A DNA stretch of 64,000 bases, taken from assembly GCF_023055435.1 (NCBI RefSeq), contig NW_025964112.1:13020001-13084000 (forward strand), in the 5' to 3' direction. Below the pieces are notes generated by a model. That model searched no databases and had not been told where the DNA came from. It saw nothing but the letters and a program-made list of their open reading frames with translations. Both the position numbers and the translations under genes were made by a program. Positions 24,701-36,700 of this stretch are shown in pieces; position 1 is the stretch's first letter, and each line of letters begins with the position of its first letter. Source of the stretch: Haliotis rufescens. Its lineage: Eukaryota.

Positions 24701-27700
24701 GTAATGGCATCAGATGCATGGTGGTTTCCATGGCCTGCAAGAAATGTCGATGAAGAGGTTACACACATGTAAACAGTGTTCTATAACAAAGGTGTATGTG
24801 CTGTTGCAGCCGAGTGACCGAACGTGCCCCTGTAAGGCTGGGTACCTGGAAGTGGACGGCCTTCAGGACTGCACCAAGCAGGTGTACGACCTGTGTGTGG
24901 AGGGGACATACAGAACACAGACCGGTCAGTGCCTCACAGAGGAACAATGGCAGACCTACTGCAGCGAAAAGGTGAGTATGGTAATAGAGATTGGATCGAC
25001 CATGGACATCTAAATTGATCTGGGTCTAGTTCCACCAAACAGTTTCACATAGTGTTTGTATTGTGGAACAGGGTACCATTGTACAAAACAACCTTAGCGC
25101 TACCACTGTCGCAAGTCAATGTTAAGGTATTGGAGTTACGATCACCTTAGCGGTAAGATTGCTTTGTACAGCGGCACCCTGGTCCCAGGTCAGATTAAAC
25201 ATTTTAGTGACTGTTGACATTACTATGTGAAACAATTCATATAGGGGATTGTGTGAGTGTGTATAGGTTTCTTTGTTTATGAAGAAACAGATGCAGAAAT
25301 AAGTTTTGTGTGTTTGTTTGGTTTTTGACAATGCACTCAGTAACAATCCAAATATATGACTGGCCTGTCAATAGTAGATTCTGGGTCAGGTATTTCAGTG
25401 ATTGTTGTTTTGAGAAACAATCCACACTGTCGAGGTATGATAACCCACCTTTGACCAAATCACTGGGCCTGACCACCCAATCTTACAACCAGCAGAATCT
25501 CCTGGAATAACATGAAATATGGTCAGGAGTATATTGAGATATATAGTGGACAATGACCTCCCCAGCTACAATTCCACACCTTTACATAGCACCATATTTC
25601 CCTCTGAGGGTGACAAGGGTGACAGTTGTCTCAGGTGTGGCAATTTGGAGTGCAGAGTTGCGGCCCTTATTCACACCAGAATGTGATGATCATGAGTCCC
25701 AGAATACCCCTGCACCTATGTATAATGTATTTCTATCTGCATTGAATATCTACTCACCGCCAAAAGAAACACGGACTATAGAAACATATAGAGAAGTATG
25801 TACATTAAGAAGAGATGTTTCCAATGTGTACCAATTAATGACAAACCTACAATCATCCAGGTGTCACCACAGAGTGACTTTATTCTTATCACGATATTTC
25901 ACTTGATTACCAAACTTCACACGCTAATCCTTCACAAGACAAATGGTGCATCTTGAGTCATGGATCTATGTCGTCCCATGTGATGCGTTTCGTGAGCGTC
26001 AGTTCACACAACATACCAGTTGGTTTGTGCATCGAACCAATCTAATATCTCTTGAATATGAGTAAGTCTTCCTATATTAACCAACATGTATAGTATTCGC
26101 TTTTCTTGTGGCGGTGAGTATATATTTCTTTGGTAGGCTTGATAGTTGTATGTAGTACAGAAGACAAGTGTATTTTGACACACCCTCAATGAATGGTCCT
26201 GCTGTAGGTGTGTGATGGTGTGACGAGCTACCGTGGCTTTGATAAGAGCCTTGGACTGTGCCTGTGTCAGTCTGATGACCTCGAGGTCCTGTGCAACCTG
26301 GAGTGTCGGCGAGCTCAGCGCACCAGGATCAAGTTCATTTGTGCAGAAAAACCACTGGAGACCCACATAGAGATAAGGAGCACGAACGGAACTTTAATGG
26401 TAAGAAGCTCTCAATATTCCACAGCACTCATAGACATTGCTTCACATTTGATTGAGAAAAGTCTACACACAGGCATGAACTTTTGTTACACCATCCATTT
26501 CTTACAAGGTGACTCAACAATGTGGAAAAAATATATTTATGACTTCTAAGGCTAAAAAAATAATAGTCTTGGTTCTCAGGCACCGCCTGCATCATCATAA
26601 AGTTCTGTCGCACATTTCATTTGATTTCCATTTTTTTTAAAAACAATTAAAAATCCTAAGAGTGATACTAAAAAACAATGTGATCCAATATAGCACACAG
26701 TTACTTCCCTTTACATGAACACTGCTTTACTGTGCAGCTCATGTTATGGTCATGGCAGCAATAGGAGTTTGTATGCTTGTTTTTGTTGGCCCTTTCCCAG
26801 GTTGATGGAACACAACTGTTTATTTGGTTACATACTAGTTTGAACAAGCTAAAAATATGAAAAAACACCACACACCCGCACTATATTTTCGAAAGATATT
26901 GCCCGAGAACCAATTCTTTTCTTTTTTTTAAGCCTAATATGAATCCAGGAAATGCTAGTGACTTAATGATTATCACAATTATGTTTTTTTTCCAGAGCCA
27001 GATTCCATCGAAGAACATGCTGACAGCCATTAACACCCGGAATGCCATCACAGAAGACGAATGTGAGAACCTTGATGGTTCCGAGATTACCATTCATGTC
27101 TGCGAAATGAGTGAAAATGGTTTCCTGGGTGTATACGAACCCGACCCTGTGCAGCTTTACAACTGGGTGGACGGCCACACCAAGGGAGACTACACCGGCA
27201 ACATCACCCTGGACACTGACTACTCCTCCGCCATACTTGGACGTAGACGTCTGCTCGCGGCCTCCTCTGTCAACAGCTCACTGTTCACTGGCGTTTCCAA
27301 CCCAACTGTCTGTCTGACCTATGGAGAGATCATGTTCTTCTATGTGACCAATGACCACTACCCAGTTTATGACAGGTAGGAACGACTTAATCTTTCTATT
27401 TATTAATACCCTGTACTCTTCCCCAACAAACCTCCTAAGAACAATTTATTTTGAAAAAAAACAAACAAGTTATTTACAGTTAATCCCTTTGATGACCTCA
27501 GCTCCTGTCTTATTTTCTACCATGATAAATTCAAACACAATTTGTAAATCATATAGTTCTTTTGTTTTTTTTACCAACTTGTTTCCTGCGCAATGTTTTA
27601 CAATAATATGAGACTGAATGGTGATTTATGATCTTATATGCAACTAGTATGGGTTTCCTTGTTTCAATCTCTGCGTGAAATAACAATTTTTGGTTGCGAT

Positions 27701-30700
27701 ATTGTGCATCCTAGATTTGCCAAGATAACCGAAATACTGTTCAAAGTGGTGTTAAACTAACCTCGCTCGCTCACTCACTCACTCACTCACTCATTACAGG
27801 AATAACCTCTACAACACCAACTCTGACTTTGACTACGGAGGTTTCCGAGCCCTGATCGAAGCCCAGGCTCAACTTTCGACAGCAACAACCCTTTTTGCAT
27901 ACAAGTTCACTGAGCCTGGAGTATATGTCTTCTACCTCAGCTCCAACACAGACAAGAAAATGGTGAGTACAGTAAATACAATGAAACAGCAGATTCTCTT
28001 CCCAGTTCTTCAGAGGGCAGTGGGGTGGCCTAGTGGTTAAATTGTTGGTTTATAAAACCAAAAACATGGTTTGGCTTTACCACATGCAGGCAATTTGTGA
28101 GGTCTTTTTGGGTGTCCACCTGCTGTGATATAGCTAAACGCTGTGAAAATCCCTGTTCACCCCACCAAACCATCCATTAACTTCCCTCCAATAACCTCCC
28201 TCCATAAATCCACTCACTCACTCACTCCTTCCCATCCTCCATTTGTCTTCTGTATCATTATCCTCATCAATGCCATGCTAGTTTAATGAGAGAGCTCATT
28301 TGAGGACAGTGATTATGTGGTCAAGTTTTAAGTATTTGTACATTTAGTTTGATAGTTTATATGTTTCAATACTGTACACTACAGACCCTTACAATTATAC
28401 AAGCCCCACCAACATCTCCCCCAATTTGTGTCCCAGCTCATTGTGTGACCATAACCAACTGGTGATGATTTTACTCATGCTATCAAGCACTGATTTGCTT
28501 GGCCAAGGCTTGAATGTTTACGGACTACTGTGATAAAGTTGGAATATTGCTAACTGTAGCTTAACACGTGTTTCAAATTTAATAATTAATTTTATATTGC
28601 ATTAACTTATTAATTGGTGTACGTATTATGGGAGACCTTGACACAAACAGGCATGTGAGCATATTCTTGTATTTCCTGTTTTGTAATGCTCCCTGCATTG
28701 GTTTCCTCTCCAGTACATCCGTGTAATGGCCAAGGACGCTCAGTGCACTGAGGATGGTCCCTACTTCCCGACCACGTCCCGATACATCATCCAGAATGGC
28801 ATCTCAGTGTCACAAGACATCCTGAAGGCTCCTGATTGGACAATCATCTTCATCTTGCTCGGAGCAGCATTCCTAGTCATGGTGCTCATGGTCATACTAC
28901 TGGTAAGAAAACTAGTTAAGATGTGAAATTTGAAAAGGTTAGTGTACCTGTGAGGATAGAGAAATCTTTGTACCCAAAGGGAATTAGTTTAAATACCACT
29001 GGTTTGTAAAGATGAGTGTCCCTGTGAGAGATATAGAATCTAGATACCCCCAGAAAATGTTGTGCACAACTGTGAAACACTTGTGGATCCTGTCAGAAAG
29101 AAAACCAACCTACCAGAGCGTTAAGGGGATCGTAACTGCCACACCTTAACATAGACTTACGATAGTCGTAGCACTTACGTTGTTTTGTACAACAGCACCC
29201 AGATACAAAAGCAATAATCCCGAACCCATTATTTGTTCATCCTGAAATTTGTTGAACTGGATGAATGAACAGTACAGTCTGGATTATCAGGTTTTCACAG
29301 GTCATCCAAACTGGGCTTCATATTTAATGGTATAAATGATACATTGATAGATGCATATGGACAATTTTAGTGTTTTTACCTGTTTGGTATTTGATATTTG
29401 ATCTGTCTTTTGGTGACAGGGTTTTATAACCAATTTCCTGTTCTCGTTCTATATGATAGAAATATGGGTGTTGCATTGGTAGTTCCACAGGGTCATTTCT
29501 AGATTATGCTATGTGGAAATGAGAATAGGAACTAGCTGTCTGCTCTGGTCTTTTCCATACCCAATCACAATAAGAGGTGACTCATGTTACGAGGTGATTT
29601 TCAAATTGAAATGTAAAGGTTCACCCAGAAAATGGTACTTACAGAACTAAATCGCGAAATCAGGAAACGAGCACACAAGATCAATGAATTATCAATAAAT
29701 TGTATTCACACATAGGTTAAGGTTAATACTATCATAACATTCAATACAATCAGTCAAATAAGTAGTGGCAGCAATGGGTAACAGGCCCTCGAATTAATGA
29801 CGTGCACTCATGAATGTCAAGTATTTCACCACAGTTGAATGCCTTGAAACAGGCCTGTCTCCATTCTTGAATATAGAATACTTTGTTGGAATCTACCAGG
29901 AATTTTGTTTATGTCACTGTAGGTATCTAATCAGCTCTTATTGCAAGTATACAACATGCAAGTCAGGTCGAAAAAGTATTTCTGCAGGTATCTGTGCCCC
30001 ATTTGTTCCAATCCTGATCACATGATATTGTTCTCTGCAGGTTCTCTTCAGGAAATATGGTTGGACAAAGACATCCTACCTCTTCCCCTTCTATCGACAT
30101 CTGGCTCAGCGCTTCAACTTCGACGACTACGCCAGCAAGGGCTCCACTGTTCATCCCGTGAAGAAGTACCACCGAAACTTCCAGGCTCTGACGTGTGCTC
30201 AGCCAGACATGGGCTCACATGCAGCCATCTTAGATGGTAGGAACATACTTAGCAACTTCTGATTAACGTTGTTTAGATGATATCTAGGCAAAGATAAAAT
30301 ATTTAATAACCATGGATAATTGCACAAGCTTCAGGACAAAGCTCTGTCACTCTTTCAGCACTCATTATTACATTAGAATTCACAAGTTCTTAAGTCCTGA
30401 TGCTTAATCCGACTGAAATTGCAATAATTAAATATTTTGACAAAGTAAGTTCATTAATGATACGTGGGTAAAACACTGTTTCTCTGTTTCAAGCTCTTGG
30501 TTTTCTGTTTTATACTTTGAGGGTAATGGGAGAATAATTACAAATAAAGTACTTTATGACCTAATTTTAGCTTCAGCAGTGGAAGTGAAGAATGATGAAT
30601 TCTGGGACTATGACAGACAGGTTGACCTGGAATCATTCAATGTGAAAACGCTCTACGACACCCTGTCAAAACAGTCAAGAAGTGTCACTCAGACAATTGG

Positions 30701-33700
30701 CAAACACAAGGATGAGATGAAACAGTCCTACCAAAGAATGGCCAATCAGAGCGAATCTCTCAAAGGCTTGTGGGCTGCCAAGATGAACCTGTCAGGCAAA
30801 TGTAGTCTGGCGACACAGGAAGATCTAGCCAGCTATGAGACCAAGCTGGAAGACTTGGAGATTGAGCTTGAGAGGAGGAAGGAAGTCGGCAGACGCTTTG
30901 CTGCCATCTTGGAACAGCAGACGACACTCATGACAGATGATGAGAAAGGGAGGGAAAACCACCAGGTAATAAACTTGCTGCAAAAGTCTTTTGGCAAAGA
31001 AAACATAAATTTTGTACCCAAAAGTGTGCAATTTAAAGGATGTTAATGATGTTATTGTCACTTATGTTTTCTTATATCAACATTACATGGGCATTTTAAC
31101 ATGTACTTGCCACAGATGGTACCTATTCACTGTGTATTCAGTCCTCTGCCTTTAATGTTTTACTCAAATAGGTATGTGTGACTATGAGCAAATATGTCTT
31201 ACTTATCTAGAATATATACTTCATAGAGGGTTTTTAGGTTCTTAGGGTGGATATGGTATACTGTAAATCACAGAACTCATGCATCACCAAAATAATGGTA
31301 TTGCCAACCCCAAGGTTTAGATGTGTCATGAAGTTAATAAGAGGTGACCAACTTTCGAATTTTACTCATGCTCATGATTAAAATTACCTCGTCAGCTAAT
31401 TCTACCAAACTTTTCCATAGGTGAATTACCAAGCGTGTCTGAGGGAGGGTACTCGTGTCCTGATGGATCACGCCAGCAGGATACAGAAGGGGCACCAGCA
31501 GGGAGATGGGGAGACAATGGAAGAGCTGCACAATGCAGTGGACAAGAGAGTCACTCTGTTGCTGCAGAAGATGTCAACTGAGGTCCGTGCAGAATGTCAG
31601 AGAATCGGAGCCTGGGGCATTCTGGGACAGGGAACTGGTGGACAGATTGTACAGTCAGGATCCCAGGAGCCTATGAACAGGAATGCGCTGATTGGTCAGT
31701 TGAAATTATATGTTATCATATATTCATGTGTTGCAAACAAAAGATGATTGTTTTGGTCTTTTGGACGAAATGCTGTTACTGGTAAATTGAATGATAAGAT
31801 ATTGTTGCTATGGTTTCTTCAGGTTGCCTTCTATTTCAGTGGTTGATGTTTGTGTGCTTTTAGCCAAGAGATATTTTCAGGTTTTGTGATGCATGGTTTC
31901 ATGTGCGATTTATGAAGAAGTTGTTTTGCTTTCCAACATCTCAATGTCAATAAAATTTTGTTTTGGTTCTAGTTCTTTTTAAATATTTTTTTATTCTAGG
32001 GTCTAACCATTCCATCAAGGCCTCAAACCTTCTTCAGTTTGACTCCAAGACTGGTTTGATCCGTCCCAAGCCTGGTACACGCATGCTGTTGGCGGATGGC
32101 ACTGTGATGGAGATCCCACCAGACTACTTCATGCATCCACAGACTGGTCGTGTCCTGCCCATACAGGGCAATGTTGCATACGACCCAATCACAACAAGAC
32201 TCGTCTTTGTGGTCGATTCAGCCACTGGTAAGATGATCCTTGTAACAAACGGAAAACAAACACATGATGATAACATGTTTTCCCGACACAGGAAAACTAT
32301 ATCATTTATCTCCAAGTGTTTTCGACAAAGGAAGAAAAAATAAAAATGACATAAGAAAAACAAAACAAATTCAACCTGATCAGTGAGAAAATCATGTCAT
32401 GAAGAGATGATAAAAAAAATAGTTTGTCTTGTAGAAAATTGCTTGGGATATGATGGATAGTTCTCTAACAGATCACAATTCAAATACAAATGTAGCAGAA
32501 AAGGGGTCAAAGATAACATAAGTCAGCAGGACTATAATTGTTTCAATAACTGAAATATGTGGTTGTGTGCTAGCTAACAAGTTTGTCCACTGTTTCTGAT
32601 CTTCAGGTGAATCTGCCCGATCAGAGGAGCCATACATCCCATACTTGCCCTACCCAACCAACCCGCACACTGGCGAACCTGTCAAGACCAAACTGCAGCC
32701 AATCGAGAACAAGAGTGACCTTCGACATGGAGCAGCCATCTCTGACCCAGCCTGTGGTCTCAAGGTGCCCATACTGGGCATGACCATTCATCCCAAGACT
32801 GGGCTGGTGCTCCCCATTGGTGGAATCCACACAGATCCAGTCACGGGTCTGCCAATCCCCATCGAGATTGGGTCCATCATGGTGGACCCCAATGGAGGAC
32901 AACCAGTACCTATCCTCTCAGTTGCCATTGACCAAGAAACAGGTAGATTTTAGTTCTGTAATATACTCTGCTTTGATTTTAGAGCAGAAAAGGTGGTAAA
33001 AATGTGCGACATGGCTGGTGGTGTGTCATCTTGGTTGAGTGTGATTATTGCTAATTCTAGGAACCATTACCTTGCCTTCCCCTACACAATTACTAACAGG
33101 CTGCCATGAAGTTTGCTGTTCACTCCAAAACAATAGCTTTTAATACCTACTGACCCTATCTTGTATAATGTTGCAGTTTGGTCAAAAAAAGTTTGATTAA
33201 AAAGGTAACATGTCTTGACAGATACAGTATCGCCGCAAATACAAGGTTTCAATAAAGCTACATTGACAGAATTGATGTCACCCTAATGAAGCATATATGA
33301 GTCATTTCATCACTAATGTGATCATTGTCACTGCAGGAGTGGTTGTACCTGTTGGAGGAACGAAGTCGGGGGATCATGGAGAAATTCCCATCATACCCGG
33401 GGACTCGTTTGTCGACTCCCTCAGTGGGAAGCTTGTGCGGATCCATAGCGGCTACCTGCGTGATGTGGTGGTGCTGCCCTCTGCTGGCGGCTATCAGTCA
33501 CTACTGGATTCAAGCGTGTTGGCCATCGAGGCTCGTGTGCAGGATGTGCTGCAGGAATACAAGGATGCTGTGTATGCTGCAGGTAGGACAATATTACATT
33601 GTAATCCTGGGATAAGGAAGAGGGAATTATTCCTTGCAAGTCGTACACTTACATTCCACATTGTGACATAGTCATCTGTCCTGTGTTTGATGACACCGGT

Positions 33701-36700
33701 TCTGTTGCAGGACAGGAGAACAGCAACGTCAGTGTCCGCCATGAGGAAGCAGCTCTGGAGTCCGCTGTGAAGGAGCTGGACAGAGCCAGAAACAGAATGA
33801 AGTCTCATCTCCTGAGAACTCAACATGATGTCACACGTCGCATGGAAAAGGCAACCATCTTGGCAGCTACAGGGGGATGTCCTGGTAAGTCAAACTCCAA
33901 AGTTTGACTGATAGAATTGTTACACAATTTGTAATGATTGAATATATGTTTCTGCAAAAAGTCCCAAAATGACTGTGTTTTACTCGCACATATTTATTTA
34001 AAGAGTAAATGAGTAAATTGGCTTTGATGCTTTGATAAGTTATTAAGTTTTATCACAGTGTTAATGCTTAATGTTGGAGGAGAGCCCATATTGATTCAGA
34101 TCCTTGATCAGTTTGGTGAAACACAATATTTGGGTGAAACTGGTGTAGAGGCAATGACCACCAGTCCCTGGCTCCCCTTGGCCACCCATGTCCCCTTTAT
34201 AAAGAATATAATAAGTGTTGGTTGATTGCTGCATTTCCACCTCGGCAGGTATGTACGAGTTCTCCAAGACAGGGCAGCTACTTCCTATCCTGATAGGTAC
34301 AACAATGATGGACCCTGCAGGCTCTAACCACCGAGTTCCAATACTTGGTGCCTCAAAACAACAACAGACAGGCAGAGTTATTCCCCTTGGAGGCACAATG
34401 GAGGACCCTGAAGGTGGAGGTGAGAAATTTGAATATTGTGGAACCTGGCTTGTTTAAAACCGATTTTTGTTAAAGATGACATAAGGTGTTCTTCATTTTA
34501 GTTAACCATACTTGAAGTTTATGAAGTGAACCAATCCTTATGTTGTGAACCATTATAAATAATGGAGATATTTTTGCATTCTCTGTTAAATCATAGGTTT
34601 ATTTATGCAGAGACGTTATTTATGAAATTGCTTCTGTAACTCGTAGGTCTCGTCCCAATCAACATCGGCAGGAAAGCAGTGGATCCTGTCACAGGGGACC
34701 TGAGTCCTGTCATTGGTGTAAGAGTAAACCCTGAAAACAAGATGGTGATTCCTGTTACCCTGGCAACAGGAGGCCACAGGAAAAAGAAACCACCTCCCGG
34801 TGCCCTTTCCCTGTTAGAGGAGGAGATCATAGCAAGACGTGGCTACTGGAGGAGGCAGCGACAGAAGGAACATGAACTCACTCAGAAGGAACATACACTG
34901 ACTCAGCAACTCATGTTTGAATTGAACACAGTGTCTACTAAACACCTACAACGAGTCCTAGAAGATGTTGATGCGCTTTCACATCAACTCAATGAGAATG
35001 CCAAACGTGAGGTTCAGCGTCGTGGAGCATCACAGCAAGACTACTCCACGGTCATTCCATCTGAAATCATCAGCATCCTGACAGAGGCTGACAGTTTAGA
35101 ACGAGAACACGAAGAGGCTCATGTCGTGGCCCATGTGAAATACACAGACACAGTTCGAAAGTTCTTCACCAAACTGCAGCAGGAGGAGAAGAGATACAGA
35201 GACAGGATGGATGATCTGGATGGTGCCATGAATCCTGAGGCAGAGGCTACAGCTCTCCAGCGCTACCACCAAGGGAAGGCCCGACTACAGGGTGAACTGC
35301 GGGACCAGATCACCAGCAAGCTAGAAGGTCTGGATGAGGAACACTCCTCTCTGGAGTATGCCAGACAGAGGTCGGAGCTCTGCTGTGAAGAGGCCAAGGT
35401 TGTGATCACACGGAGTGCCCTGCTGGCCGGGGACTATGACTCCCAGCTGAGCGGCGTGTATGGAGACTCAGATGAGACATCTAGTGACTCAGAACTGATC
35501 CCTCTCATCAGGCAGCTTATAGCCATGTTGGAATCTGGAGGCCCTTTCTACCTGTCCCCAGAACTCCTCAATCTCATTAAGGTTGGAGCCGGAGGATCAA
35601 ATACCAACATTACAAATGTCAACTTTAATCAAGGAGCAGCTGTCACTGGTGGTCAAGGTCAAGGACAACGACAAGGTGGACAAGGACAAGGTGGACAAGG
35701 ACAACCTCAGCATCCAGGTCGTGTTCAGTCACAGCTTGTGAAGAGTTCTGCTGGAACCTCCAGTGGGGACACTCAGAGTGATTCATCCATTGTGGCTGTG
35801 ATTGGTGACCCCAGCAAACTGAAGAGCTCTGGAAACCTTAGCGAGGAGGAGAAGAGACAACAGGAAAAATATCTCTTTGAGAAACAAGCTTATGAGGCAG
35901 CTCAGCTAGAAAACAAACTCAAAACAGAGGAAATTGACAGACTGAACCAACTTCTGGATGAATATGACCAGAAGAAACAGGACATGCTTGATGAAGTATC
36001 AGAGAACCTCCAGAAGAAGATGTCACAAGTTAAATCTGACCATGACAAAGAAAGACTTATTATTGACCATGCTGGCAACACACAGAAGCTCAGTGACTCA
36101 TTTGACAAATCCAAGCAGCAAGAGCTGGCCAACCTAAAGAAGAAACTGGCTGATCTTAGAAGACAGCGGAAGAAAGATCTCTACCGACAGCACATGATGG
36201 AAGCCAAGAACCAAGGCATACCTTCGGAGAGTGTCCCAGCCCAGCATGTCAAGTCCTTCGAGGACATGGTGAAGGAAATGATGCAAACTCAGCGAGAACA
36301 GGAACAAGTGAGGGCGGAGCTACAGAAGGCCACAGCTGCCAAAGCTGATGAGGAGGAACCTCTCATGGATGATGAGTTTGAAAAGTGGGTCAGCTCGCTT
36401 GACTTGACCCAGGAACAGAAGGATGCCTTGTTGAAGTCATTCAGGGAGGGGAAGACAAATCTTAACCAAGCAGCCAAGTCTCTCTTTGACAAGCTGCATC
36501 ACAGAAAGGGTCGGGAACAAGTGCGTCAGCTGAGTGAAGAGGAGCTCAAAGATCTGTCCGAGGAGGAGAGGAAACAACACCTGCAAGCTATTGAATCTCA
36601 GAACGAGGCTGACAGACTTCGAGAAGAAGCTGCTCTACTCAAGGCTTGGAAAAAATATGAAAAGGTTTGTATGTTGAACAGTGTAGTGCAGAAATTACCA

